A DNA stretch of 64,000 nucleotides from Macrostomum hystrix (Eukaryota > Animalia > Platyhelminthes). Numbering within the stretch: position 1 is the first letter of the stretch; each line of letters begins with the position of its first letter. The position numbers were made by a program, and so were the translations under genes. The stretch spans positions 62,001 through 126,000 of the forward strand of contig CATNEN010000006.1 in NCBI GenBank assembly GCA_950097015.1, read 5' to 3'. This document shows positions 47,274 through 60,859 of this stretch, piece by piece. The notes beneath the pieces are model-generated. The model made no database searches, had not been told where the DNA came from, and was given only the letters and a program-made list of their open reading frames with translations.

Positions 47274-48599
47274 ACCTTTTAGTTGCTCTGTAGGACTTTA
47301 CAGAAAGAAAATAAGGAAAATTTAATTTTGCATCTCAAACGAAAAACTAGGCGTAGAGCAGCTTAAAAGACATGAATAGCTTACCAGTGTGACAAATTCT
47401 CTGTTGAAGCGGACTACAATAGACGCGATGCTCTTTGCTGGGTTCGGTGAATTTGACGGAAGCTGCAGTGGAGCCGGACTTATAGACGATTCCAACCAAC
47501 CAATCAAATCTTCGGATGGGGTAGAGGGCGATGGGCCCACCGTTCGCGCCGCTCAACAGCCAGACTGGCATCGGAAGAGTGGTGAGAAAAGGCGGGGGCG
47601 TTCTTCATATTCTGAGGCTTTCCAATCAGAAATCAACCCCAGACCTCAGTTACGATGCCTCCCACCGCTGCCACCTGCACCACTTGAGAACCTGTCGGGA
47701 GTGAGTGAATTGTATTTTGCACCCTTTTTCCATTCGCTTGATTCGTTCTGTAGATGCGCCCACAATAGGCAGCGTGCTCAGCAGACAATCTGATTATGCG
47801 AGCTATTTCAATACATTTTTCCTGGGTGTGCAGGTAAAACAACACTGCTTTTAAATTTCAAAATCTGAATGATTCCCTCCCGAGGGTGGCCGTACGGCGG
47901 CTGGTCCAGGAGGTCTGAGAGTCCCCAGCAGTCTCGTGGGACTAAAGAACCAAAAGCAGCTGGGCAAAAAAGGTGGATTCCGCCCACCAAATTTAAATCT
48001 GGAGCTCTAGAGCGACTTCTAGGAAAACTAGATAGGATGGCTTTGTGGACATCTGTTTGATGTGCTCGCTTGTGTTGCAGAAAGCTAAATTAGAAGAGAT
48101 GCGGAGGAGCAGCAGATGCTGCGGGCTTATCAGACGGACTGGGGGCCTGGGATCTATGGAAAATTGCTTCCACGACAGGCAACAACAGGCAGCTTGAAAT
48201 GCAGGTAATTCAAGCACATATCGGAATGTCCTATCTCTAAACTGGAGCTTTAAATGCCTGCCTTCGCTATTCTAGCATACACAAGCATATTATGACGCAG
48301 TCTTTCTATTCGACATTTTAAGCAATGCTCAATATACACATGCCTTGAACTGAATTTAATAAGGAGCGCTTCAAGCTCTCTTGCTAACAATAATTACAGT
48401 CTGTCTGGCAATACCACTTAGGGCCCACTTGACACCAAACACGAGTCTCTTCTGACAGATTGTTTTGAGAATCGCTTTGGAATTGTCTGGATGGCGGCTT
48501 CTGAGCTTGGCTTCCTACTTCCCAAAGCTAGCCACTAGCAGAGATAAGAAATATCCAGATATGCAGTAACTTCCTTATTGGCAATATGCCTATGTGTTT

Positions 48600-49432
48600 C
48601 AGCCGGCATAGTGAACTGTGCTTGTGTCACGGCCGGCATAGTGACCTGTGCTTGTGTCACAGCCGACATAGTGACCTGTGCTTGTGTCACAGCCTTCATA
48701 GTGACCTGTGCTTGTGTCACAGCCTTCATAGTGACCTGTGCTTGTGTCACAGCCGACATAGTGACCTGTGCTTGTGTCACAGCCGACATAGTGACCTGTG
48801 CTTGTGTCACAGCCGACATAGTGACCTGTGCTTGTGTCACAGCCTTCATAGTGACCTGTGCTTGTGTCACAGCCTTCATAGTGACCTGTGCTTGTGTCAC
48901 AGCCTTCATAGTGACCTGTGCTTGTGTCACAGCCGACATAGTGACCTGTGCTTGTGTCACAGCCGACATAGTGACCTGTGCTTGTGTCACAGCCTTCATA
49001 GTGACCTGTGCTTGTGTCACAGCCTTCATAGTGACCTGTGCTTGTGTCACAGCCTTCATAGTGACCTGTGCTTGTGTCACAGCCGACATAGTGACCTGTG
49101 CTTGTGTCACAGCCGGCATAGTGAACTGTGCTTGTGTCACAGCCGGCATAGTGAACTGTGCTTGTGTCACAGCCGGCATAGTGACCTGTGCTTGTGTCAC
49201 AGCCGACATAGTGACCTGTGCTTGTGTCACAGCCGGCATAGTGACCTGTGCTTGTGTCACAGCCGGCATAGTGACCTGTGCTTGTGTCACAGCCTTCATA
49301 GTGACGTGTGCTTGTGTCACAGCCGGCATAGTGACCTGTGCTTGTGTCACAGCCGGCATTGTGACCTGTGCTTGTGTCACAGCCGGCATATGACCTGTGC
49401 TTGTGTCACAGCCGGCATAGTGACGTGTGCTT
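48600..49432. repeat. 30-bp minisatellite (AGCC[GG/GA/TT]CATAGTGACCTGTGCTTGTGTCAC)
   Basis: About 27 units. Confidence 0.97.
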
Positions 49433-49460
49433 GTGTCTGTGCACAGCAGTCATACTGATC

Positions 49461-49800
49461 AGCGGTCTAACGCTTGGATAAGCGCTTGCCTCTCGCACCA
49501 AGGTCCCTGAATTCGCGGCGAGGCCACATTCATTTGGGACGCAGCCGCTTAGAGAAGGCTTGGGGGTTTGTTGTGCGATTTGCACCCCCGATAGCTAACC
49601 ACGACTGTACACAGAGAGTGTACACTGCCTCACGATGAGAAATTCAGGGTAAATTTTGCACACCTGTGAGTGTGTACCTGCGTATGCTCTGTATGCGTGT
49701 GTGCTCAGGAGTCAGCGAAATGGGGAGAATTGCCTCCTCGCGGGTCTACTGTGGCCGAATGATGTGCCATTGCGCGCAGTACTCTAGCAAATTTTTTTAT
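49461..49800 (+). mobile_element. SINE family 1, diverged copy
   Basis: TTGCCTCTCGCACCAAGGTCCCTGA...GGAGTCAGCGAAATGGGGAGAATTGCCTCCTCGC...GATGTGCCATTGC. Confidence 0.8.
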
Positions 49801-50767
49801 TACTTCGATGCAATGAAATAAGATAAAATGTGCCTTGGCATTGAGAAAGTTCGGCAATGAAGCCTCGAGACAGGATAATACGGATACAAAACTTCAGCGT
49901 CAAATCTCAGATAAAAGCCGTGAAAATTCGGACTAATTTTTTTATAAATCCGGTAAAAAAGTCGTGCACTCATGCATGAAGCGGAGCTGTCTATCTAGTT
50001 CTAAAAAAAGTCAGTCTGTCGGCGCCTAGAAGGCTTAAAATAGTTCGTCCTTCCAGCTCGCTCCAGTATCAAACCGGCCAGAACTGGTTGACACCGGTGG
50101 CTCGGCTCAAGCCCAGATGGTCTGGAGTGAGCAATTTGAACGGTGGAGAATGCCTAATATACACATTGGAGTTGCTCGGGTCGGGACGGCGACTACAATA
50201 GCGGTGAGGTATAATTTCAGAGGTGAGGCAACGCGCTTTCATCATTGATTTTCAACGCGGATTGGGCTTTTGAGCCCAATACTGCTATAGGCATTTCAGC
50301 AGAATGCAGGCACTATACATACTGGCTGCTTTCAACTGCCATTTTAAGACCATTACCAAATTGAAAATGGCGGCACAATACCCCTGCGCCATTGCAGATT
50401 CAATTCCGTTTACCTTGCAAGTCTCGGAAAGCGAAAAATATATCTTTAGCGGACGGAAAAACTAGATTGGGCCTAGATATGGTGGCCATTTTAGGGAATA
50501 AAAATACAGAAAGAGTTCCCGGATTGCGCAAAATAGAGGAGCCTAGCAACAATCACTTTGCTGTTGCTTTCCTAATTCTTGCTGGGTGACGTCTAAATCA
50601 TGTTTACTTCCTTATTTGCTTTAGCATTTATTTCAAAACAAATATCCACCCTAGTCCCTCTCACTTTCTCTCTTAATCAGATTCTCTGTCTATCTTTGTC
50701 TACGAGTACCCAACTTCTGCACAACTCAACTCACTTGCCTAACGAAAGCGCTTATTATATCAAGCTT

Positions 50768-51172
50768 GTCCGCTCTCACACTCTCTCCGCTCTCACTCTC
50801 TCCGCTCTCACACTCTTTCCGCTCTCATACTCTCCGCTCTCACACTCTCTCCGCTCTCACACTCTCTCCGCTCTCACACTCTCTCCGCTCTCCCACTTTC
50901 TCCGCCCTTCAACTCTCTCCGCTCTCACTCTCTCCGCTCTCCCACTTTCTCCGCTCTTCAACTCTCTTCGCTCTTCCACTCTCTCCGCTCTCCCACTCTC
51001 TCCGCTCTCCCACTCTCTCCGCTCTCACACTCTCTCCACTCTCACACTCTCTCCGCTCTCCCACTCTCTCCGCTCTCACACTCTCTCCGCTCTCCCACCC
51101 TCTCCGCTCGATCTCTCCACTCTCACACTCTCTCCGCTCTCCCACTCTCTCCGCTCTCCCACTCTCTCCGCT
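50768..51172. repeat. Pyrimidine-rich ~17-bp repeat (CTCTCCGCTCTCACACT)
   Basis: Degenerate tandem units. Confidence 0.9.
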
Positions 51173-54100
51173 CTATTTCCTCTTTTCCCATGTCTCCGCT
51201 CCCCTCTCTTGGATGACTCCTCGCCTCTTTCCTCTCCGTTGCGTTCTATCCTCTTACCTATGTCTTTCTATTTCTACTCCATTGTCGTATTTTTTCTCTC
51301 TCGATCTTCTCTGTATTCTGGATTTGTACTTCATCTGACCTCAGAACGAAATACTCTACAATTTATTCAATTTCTGACGAATCGTCGATGTAACGTATGC
51401 TTTACGGCGAAGCGCTAGAATATCACCTAGCGATCAATTCTCCCATAAGTAATCAATGAGAGTCATTCGTTGAATTCAATAGTAGTATATTTTAGCTTCA
51501 TAAGTCTGACGTCTCAGGGGCTACAAACAAAATGCGATTATACGTGCGCCTTCTCTCAATCTACACCAGAAAGCATGTCAATAGCTGACTGAAATGACAA
51601 CGTTAGTCGTGTCTGCACGTCTAAATATCATTAAAAAGTAATATTTTATTACTTAAATGGAATTGCGTTCATAAGAGTTAAAAATTCGCATTTATGGAGA
51701 ATCATAATCAAAAGACAAAGAGCACTCAAATTATACGCTCTTTGTCTCTCAATTGTATTTTTTCCTATCGTGGGCGAAGTGTCCAACGGGCAAGAATTAC
51801 CTGTCTCTTTGACTACACGGTGCGCGGGAGTTGTCCTAGGTTTAAAAAATAATTTAACAAATTTCATAAATTTAAGCATAGGAAGATATACAACATTAAA
51901 CAACATAACAGAACGAGTCTGAACGACAAAAAGTCGCGGTATTCCTATTTCCAAGAATCAAATTTAATTAGCAGCTACGGCGAATACATAGTACTTACCG
52001 TAGCTCAACAAACATGCCCAAGTATTATTGTGGCTCAGTAGAACTGTAGAAGTGGTCAATATTTAAAATAAAGCCTAAAAACTAACAATGCAACTCACAA
52101 GACACATTGCGATTGTTCTACTTTGGACTTTTTATTACTTTGCTCTCTGAATTATATTCACTAAATATAAAAATACCACACTGTAGTATAACGATTGTGT
52201 ACTATTTTCTTTTCTTGTATTTGATGTGTGGTTGCTGCAATTAATTATGTGTTACAAATATACTTGACCTTGTTTTTCACTAGGTATTATTAGGCCCCAT
52301 ATATTAACTACAAGTTGTAATTTGTACTTCATTTGCCCTTTCTTAAAATATGTTTAGGAGCAAGACTGTTTCTGCCACATTGCCCAAACAAAAAATCAAT
52401 ACTTAGCACTCACTTAAGTTAATTTATGTTAGCTTAAGTAAACTTGTGTAAAAATTAAGTAAATACTTTTTAATTCACCTTAACAATATCATGAATCACT
52501 GTACTTCAAACAAGAATAACTCCAATTAGATATCAGTAAAACACATTGTTTTTCATAAGGTAGCAATATTGTGACTGAGCAGTAATACACCTTTATACTA
52601 TGTACTGGTTTTAGGGATTCCAGTTGTACTTGGGATGCAAATGGACTAGGCCTAAAGTTGCCCAGTCAATCACTGGTTTTATTAGAAAAAATCCCTAATT
52701 ATTGGTTCCTCTCAGAAATTGTATATATTATTTATTGTTCAGAATGAGATGTATGTATTGATTGTAGGTAAATAAGTAAAACAGAATGAACTATTGGACT
52801 TAACACTTTTACTTTGAAAATTTCAACTTTCTAGTTTTTTTTGTTTCCACAATAGTAAGTTTTAATTTGCTGTAGATAACCTAGTCACATCCAAACTAGA
52901 AGCAGAAAGCAAGTTGGAAGTTTTGATAGAAAATTGCACACATATATATACTTGTATAATGTAATGAGGATGTTCCAGTGCATTATAACAATATTTGGTA
53001 CAATTAAACAAGTAGTTTGAATTTTTTTCATTTTTGTGTAAATTTAATTTACAAAAAATACTATATAATAGTTTGTATTAGGCCTATCTCACTATCACAC
53101 ATCCTTGAACATTGAACTTTCCAATACTAACATTAAAGTCAATAAATATTGTATATTTATTCTAGCCCTCAAGCTCACCATTGCTTTTCTAATCATATAG
53201 GCCAAGTTAATAAAGTTTGAAAATATATTCCTAGCTATTTAAACTTGTTTACAGCTATGGTGTTCCTTGTTTATGGATTTGTCATATATCATTTTCATAA
53301 CAATTTTACTAAGCTTCTTTATAGTGCTTTAAGTTTTGGTTTCTGTTTTGGTATTTCCTATATGTAGCCTAGAGATTGGTTGCAGTCTAGATATCTTAAA
53401 GGCTATAACTCCTAACGACTATCATTCTCAGTATTGCGGCTGTATGATGCGATCTCTTCCAGGTTTGTACCTCGGGATCAAATCAAGAAGGAACTCAAAC
53501 ACAGTTAGTTTCCTAATTAGTTAGCTTAATAGAGCTCGAAGATACGTCTCTCTTGCGCTCGTGGGCACTTTTTCCACTCTCCATTCTGCCTTATATAATG
53601 TCTTTAAAACCCCTCATTCCGAGGAGAAGACAATACCATAGCAACAGTACACATGAGAATTTGGGGTGAGTGAGGTTGCAGTCTCGAGTCTAGTACAGTC
53701 ATTATTATTAGACTAGTTGGTTGGCAGGCACACCAACCCCTTTTCTATGGAGGGTGGGGAAAAGTCCTGAAAATGCCTTAGCTAAGTTAGGAAGTGTTCC
53801 CGCTTCTACCAAGGCCTCTTTCCTACTGTTCATTATCCCCTTCCCTTCATCGATCCAGTCTTCTTGTGTGGTCTGGGCCTCCACCAGATCTCGTTCCAGA
53901 TCCGGGCTGCTCCGATTTCAGGCAGGGTGGGGTCAATGCAGGCCGCTGTGGGTCGGGATGGGCCGGGTTGGTTCGAGTCCAGCAGTTCTATGTCAGCACA
54001 GATGCGGGTCGATTTCAGGCAGCTCCACATCAGCATAGCTGCAGCCATGCCGGACCGGGTTTGCTCTGAAATGTATAGGTGAACTTGGGGCGAATCTTTG

Positions 54101-54224
54101 TCTTAACTTTCTGCTTTCAGTTGCTTGCCCTCTCTGCTGTTGCTATTTTTAGCCTAGTTTTATCCTAGAGCTCTCTTGAATTCCCTTCAGATTTTTAAGT
54201 CTTATATTCTTGTTGTGTATCAAT

Positions 54225-54580
54225 AATAATTTTAATAATTCCAGAAGGCAATGTCATATTATTTGGGGACACTAGACCTGCAGCCAGCAAGGAGGCAATG
54301 GATTCTGGCCATTTTAGCTTACTTCTAAGCATACACATACACACACAGGCACATGCTCACAGAAGTATGTAAATTTGTCCTATGTAAATGTTTCTCATTT
54401 TTAGGCTGTGTACACCCTTATTGTGCCTTGGAGGTTGGCCCTCCAGGGTGTAAATTGCACAAGCCCCCAAGCCTTTTCTCTGCACATGTTTCCTGCAAAT
54501 AAATGTGGCATTGCTACAGAATCAAGCTCAGGGACCTTGGTGCAAGTGTAAACCCATTAGACTGCTCTGCTACTCACACC
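54225..54580 (-). mobile_element. SINE family 1, old diverged copy
   Basis: GACACTAGACCTGCAGCCAGCAAGGAGGCAAT...GGAGGTTGGCCCTC...CTCAGGGACCTTGGTGC...CTCTGCTACTCAC matches the family. Confidence 0.75.
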
Positions 54581-55377
54581 ATTTTTTCTTCTTATATACC
54601 TGAGCTATTTAGATCCCTAAGTCAGGAATGTCACATGGACCCTAGAATATTTTAGCTTACACAAGACCATAAGACGTATTTTGGCATAGAATTCAGTTTA
54701 CTATTGACATATAGATATAGCCAAGACATTTGCCATCACTTTAACATTGTCCAAGCATAAATATATAACTTAACCTTGTCTCAAGCCTAAAACTAAGAAA
54801 GGAAGAAATAAGTTACATTGTAGCCATTTATTTATTGACCATAGGAGGCATGACTCCTATTCTAGCTTGTGTATATTAACAGGGTGCAAAATATGTGGGA
54901 AACTTAAATAGATATCCCGATTTCAAAGTTAGCTATGTCAAATTTTTATTAATTGTGATTAATACTCATACCTTAACTTTATCTACTGGGCTTAGTACTA
55001 CAGTACTAGCTATCTAGTATGATATGTTTAAAATATTGATAAAACTATAGTTAACAAATTAGAATATATTGTAGGGTTGGTTAACTCTAAAACAACCACT
55101 ACTAATAATTTTTAATTAGCTACTTGGCTAAAATCAACTTCCTTATTAAACGATTGTGCTTCTGTTGGCCATAGACAGTTAGTTTTTATGTAGACTTGAT
55201 TATTTCACAATGCATGTCACTGCAGATGGATCGATGTTAGTTAAACGGCTCAAAGTGAAATCTAGTCATTATTCTTATTTACTAAGTTATCTTATCCTGT
55301 AATTTAATTTTGCCATGCCGCTGATAAGTGGTCGCAAGTCCGCCAATGTCAAATCCCGCAGCAACAATAGTAGAGGC

Positions 55378-57959
55378 ATGGGCAACTCGCACACTTCGAT
55401 AGAGCCAAATCTGCGGCACGCCCAAGCTACTGGCGTGCTGCAACTGGTTGGAAAAAAACTGGAGGAATGGCCAGCAGCGGTGCACAAGCTAAATAGCAGT
55501 CTGCGAACACTGGATTTGTCTAACAACCGCATAGCCTCTGTCCCACCCAGCATTGAGGCAATGACGCAACTCAAGCAGCTCACACTCGCTTCCAACCGAC
55601 TGACGGGTGAGTAATACTGATACCAGAATCTCACTAATCTCACCCACTGATACCAGAATCTCACTAATCTCACCCACTGATACCAGAATCTCACTAATCT
55701 CACCCACTGATACCAGAATCTCACTAATCTCACCCACTGATACCAGAATCTCACTAATCTCACCCACTGATACCAGAATCTCACTAATCTCACCCACTGA
55801 TACCAGAATCTCACTAATCTCACCCACTGATACCAGAATCTCACTAATCTCACCCACTGATACCAGAATCTCACTAATCTCACCCACTGATACCAGAATC
55901 TCACTAATCTCACCCACTGATACCAGAATCTCACTAATCTCACCCACTGATACCAGAATCTCACTAATCTCACCCACTGATACCAGAATCTCACTAATCG
56001 CACCCACTGATACCAGAATCTCACTAATCTCACACACTGATATCAGAATCTCACTAATCGCACACACTGATACCAGAATCTCACTAATCTCACCCACTGA
56101 TACCAGAATCTCACTAATCTCACCCACTGATACCAGAATCTCACTAATCTCACCCACTGATACCAGAATCTCACTAATCTCACCCACTGATACCAGAATC
56201 TCACTAATCTCACACACTGATACCAGAATATCACTAATCTCACCCACTGATACCAGAATCTCACTAATCTCACCCACTGATACCAGAATCTCACTAATCT
56301 CACCCACTGATACCAGAATCTCACTAATCTCACCCACTGATACCAGAATCTCACTAATCTCACCCACTGATACCAGAATCTCACTAATCTCACCCACTGA
56401 TACCAGAATCTCACTAATCTCACACACTGATACCAGAATATCACTAATCTCACCCACTGATACCAGAATCTCACTAATCTCACCCACTGATACCAGAATC
56501 TCACTAATCTCACCCACTGATACCAGAATCTCACTAATCTCACCCACTGATACCAGAATCTCACTAATCTCACCCACTGATACCAGAATCTCACTAATCT
56601 CACCCACTGATACCAGAATCTCACTAATCTCACCCACTGATACCAGAATCTCACTAATCTCACCCACTGATACCAGAATCTCACTAATCTCACCCACTGA
56701 TACCAGAATCTCACTAATCTCACCCACTGATACCAGAATCTCACTAATCTCACCCACTGATACCAGAATCTCACTAATCTCACCCACTGATACCAGAATC
56801 TCACTAATCGCACCCACTGATACCAGAATCTCACTAATCTCACACACTGATATCAGAATCTCACTAATCGCACACACTGATACCAGAATCTCACTAATCT
56901 CACCCACTGATACCAGAATCTCACTAATCTCACCCACTGATACCAGAATCTCACTAATCTCACCCACTGATACCAGAATCTCACTAATCTCACCCACTGA
57001 TACCAGAATCTCACTAATCTCACACACTGATACCAGAATATCACTAATCTCACCCACTGATACCAGAATCTCACTAATCTCACCCACTGATACCAGAATC
57101 TCACTAATCTCACCCACTGATACCAGAATCTCACTAATCTCACCCACTGATACCAGAATCTCACTAATCTCACCCACTGATACCAGAATCTCACTAATCT
57201 CACCCACTGATACCAGAATCTCACTAATCTCACACACTGATACCAGAATATCACTAATCTCACCCACTGATACCAGAATCTCACTAATCTCACCCACTGA
57301 TACCAGAATCTCACTAATCTCACCCACTGATACCAGAATCTCACTAATCTCACCCACTGATACCAGAATCTCACTAATCTCACCCACTGATACCAGAATC
57401 TCACTAATCTCACCCACTGATACCAGAATCTCACTAATCTCACCCATTGGTTGGCTCGGCAGGCCTACCTGACCAGCTGAGCAGTCTGAGCAGGCTAACC
57501 GTCCTGTCGCTCGAGCAGAACTTTCTGCAGTCATTGCCATCCGGCCTTGGCCAGTTGAAATCATTGAAGACCCTGCAGCTGGCTCACAACAGATTCAAAG
57601 AATTCCCTAGGCCAGCACTGGAGCTGCCAGCTCTTGAACTGCTGGACCTGTCTGCCAACAGCATCACCCACCTACCTCCTGACATGTCCGTCCTGAAGGC
57701 TGTTGAACTCAATCTCAACCAGAACCAATTGAAACAGCTCACAGACAGTTTGGCTGACTGTCCCAGGCTGAAGATTCTTCGGCTGCAGGAGAACTGCCTG
57801 CCGTTGGACCAGTTCACGCCGGCATTATTGCGCAACTCGCAGCTCACCCTGCTAGCCGTTGAAGGCAATCTGTTCCTCATGAAACAGTTCGACCAGCTGG
57901 ATGGCAGCGATGCCTATCAGGAGCGCGTGACAGCCGTGCGTAGGAAGGCCGAACATTAG
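55378..57959 (+). CDS. LRRC57: Leucine-rich repeat-containing protein 57, 2 exons, 241 aa
   Basis: Exons 55378-55606 and 57463-57959 (phase 1). MGNS start, AQATGVLQL, LRTLDLSNNRI, CPRLKILRLQENCL, LLAVEGNLF and YQERVTAVRRK follow the LRRC57 pattern. Confidence 0.93.
55615..57446. repeat. 30-bp minisatellite (TACTGATACCAGAATCTCACTAATCTCACC[C]), about 61 units, filling the LRRC57 intron
   Basis: Occupies about 1830 of 1856 intron bases. Confidence 0.98.
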
Positions 57960-58020
57960 TGCTCTTGAACTCTTGGACTGCGATTTGGATTGCGTCATAA
58001 TTGGTTGAGAGCTGAGGAAC

Positions 58021-58026
58021 AATAAA
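58021..58026 (+). promoter_or_regulatory. Candidate polyadenylation signal of LRRC57
   Basis: AATAAA about 60 nt downstream of the stop codon. Confidence 0.45.
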
Positions 58027-58429
58027 AAACTGTTTAATTGGACATTTGGTTCCGAAGACCATCACGATTGGCAAATTGGTTTCAATTATTTTATCAGTCT
58101 GTCTGTACAGCAAGTATTACATTTTTGTATTGCTCGTGTTTGTTTTTTATTCCGAAAGTAAGACAACTCCTACACTACAAGAAGTAGTTGAACAAAACTG
58201 TGTGTACTTACCTCTGCTAATTTTTATGCATATGTCAATAAGGCTATTAATAATTATTTATTGGGTAAATAACTACAAAAACTCAACCCCTTAAGTTCAA
58301 AGAACTACAAAATCTCACATTAAGTAGTTTAGAATAATTCAAAATCTCACCCTGAAGAGTTGAACCTACAACAAAATCTCAGAAGGTTAAAACAAAGTTT
58401 AAAAGTTTATCCCTCTGAAGGTTAAAACA

Positions 58430-59440
58430 CCACAAAATCTCACCACTGAAGGTTAAAACACCACAAAATCTCACCCTCTGAAGGTTCAAACTACAAAAAA
58501 ATCTCACCCTCTGAAGGTTCAAACTACAACAAAATCTCACCCTCTGAAGGTTCAAACTACAACAAAATCTCACCCTCTGAAGGTTCAAACTACAACAAAA
58601 TCTCACCCTCTGAAGGTTCAAACTACAACAAAATCTCACCCTCTGAAGGTTCAAACTACAACAAAATCTCACTCTCTGAAGATTCAAACTACAACAAAAT
58701 CTCACCCTCTGAAGGTTCAAACTACAACAAAATCTCACCCTCTGAAGGTTCAAACTACAACAAAATCTCACCCTCTGAAGGTTCAAACTACAACAAAATC
58801 TCACCCTCTGAAGGTTCAAACTACAACAAAATCTCACCCTCTGAAGATTCAAACTACAACAAAATCTCACCCTCTGAAGATTCAAACTACAACAAAATCT
58901 CACCCTCTGAAGGTTCAAACTACAAAAAAATCTCACCCTCTGAAGGTTCAAACTACAACAAAATCTCACCCTCTGAAGGTTCAAACTACAACAAAATCTC
59001 ACCCTCTGAAGGTTCAAACTACAACAAAATCTCACCCTCTGAAGGTTCAAACTACAACAAAATCTCACCCTCTGAAGGTTCAAACTACAACAAAATCTCA
59101 CCCTCTGAAGGTTCAAACTACAACAAAATCTCACCCTCTGAAGGTTCAAACTACAACAAAATCTCACCCTCTGAAGGTTCAAACTACAACAAAATCTCAC
59201 CCTCTGAAGATTCAAACTACAACAAAATCTCACCCTCTGAAGGTTCAAACTACAACAAAATCTCACCCTCTGAAGGTTCAAACTACAACAAAATCTCACC
59301 CTCTGAAGACTCAAACTACAACAAAATCTCACCCTCTGAAGGTTCAAACTACAACAAAAGCTCACCCTCTGAAGACTCAAACTACAACAAAATCTCACCC
59401 TCTGAAGGTTCAAACTACAACAAAAGCTCACCCTCAAACC
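58430..59440. repeat. 33-bp minisatellite (CAAAATCTCACCCTCTGAAGGTTCAAACTACAA)
   Basis: About 30 units with degenerate edges. Confidence 0.96.
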
Positions 59441-60065
59441 TTTAAACTTACTTCAAACCACTACAAAAGCTCACCATCTGGAGGTTAAAATACTGCAAAA
59501 TCTGATCGTCTAAAGTTCAAACGACTTCAAAATGTGACAGTGTGAAATTATCAATGCTAAATAATCTAGATCTAACCAGTGAAATTGTCAATTCTGCTTA
59601 ATTATATGTTATGCTTTAAAATTCTCGTTAGCTATCATTTATACAGAAATGCATTATTCCGCAATATCGCTAGGTGATAGTGCTGTTATTGAAAACCATA
59701 AAGCATGCCTTGTCCCATTTCTTCTACAGTTGTTAAACTACAAGTCGTTTGACCGCCCGCTTGTTCGTAATTGGACAAAATCTAAATTAAGATCTGATAA
59801 CTTTGCCATCAGCTTGTTAATGTAGTTCTGATTTCTGTGATTTTTTGTCGTAAAAATTTCTCCGGGTGTTTTATTATACTTTTACCCTTTTGCTGTTGTC
59901 AAAAATTTTATCTGTCAAAGGTTTTCTGATTTAGTAAAACATAAAACGAATGATTGTGTAATGATATTTGCAAGACAAAAACCCTGAGTGCCGCCTCTTG
60001 CAAGAACAAAGTTGGATAACTACTTGCTGCTTAAAATTTTGTTTCACTCTCCTATGATGCTTTGG

Positions 60066-60540
60066 ACACCTGAAGGACATGGGGATAATTGGATCCCCTG
60101 AAGTACATGGGGATAATTGGATCCCCTGAAGGACATGGGGATAATTGGATCCCCTGAAGTACATGGGGATAATTAAATCCCCTGAAGGACATGGGGATAA
60201 TTGGATCCCCTGAAGGACATGGGGATAATTAATTCCCCTGAAGGACATGGGGATAATTAATTCCCCTGAAGGACATGGGGATAATTAGATCCCCTGAAGG
60301 ACATGGGGATAATTAGATCCCCTGAAGGACATGGGGATAATTAGATCCCCTGAAGGACATGGGGATAATTAGATCCCCTGAAGGACATGGGGATAATTAA
60401 TTCCCCTGAAGGACATGGGGATAATTAAATCCCCTGAAAAACATGGGGATAATTGGATCCCCTGGAGGACATGGGGATAATTAAATCCCCTATAGGACAT
60501 GGGGATAATTAAATCCCTGAAGGACTTGGGGATAATTAGA
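60066..60540. repeat. 28-bp minisatellite (CCCCTGAAGGACATGGGGATAATTGGAT)
   Basis: About 16 units. Confidence 0.95.
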
Positions 60541-60859
60541 TGCTCTGACAAATAGAGTTTAGAGGCCAACTGAAGGTTAGAGGACTCGAGGAGTAACTTA
60601 AAAAACAATTTTTGTGGAGTCACTGAAAAGTCATATTATTTGAAGTGTCTAAGCATTGGGTAATTAGGATTCTGTATATTTCTCAACATCCAGTGTTATT
60701 AGTTACTCATTTTGAATATAAAATTTGTTGACTCTGTTAGAAATTCATATCAATGTGGTTGATTCGTGGAGACTGTTAAATAGTAACAAAATCATTTAAT
60801 TAGACAACTAGTTGGACTCCGGTGTGCTCAGTTGGAAATTTAGAATATCCATTGCAGTA

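Noticed and set aside
48535-49458. Mucin/antifreeze-like MPAVTQAQVT ORF and Cys-rich opposite-strand ORFs
   Set aside because: Open on both strands because the unit is 30 bp. There is no signal peptide or unique domain, and variants are non-synonymous multi-base changes. Expression data could overturn this.
55489-57564. 691-aa and 621-aa ORFs spanning the LRRC57 intron
   Set aside because: The 30-bp unit is stop-free in some frames. The region is a GT-AG intron whose removal restores canonical LRRC57.
58379-59437. 352-aa Cys-rich ORF (LQRVRFCCSLN)n
   Set aside because: Translation of the 33-bp minisatellite.
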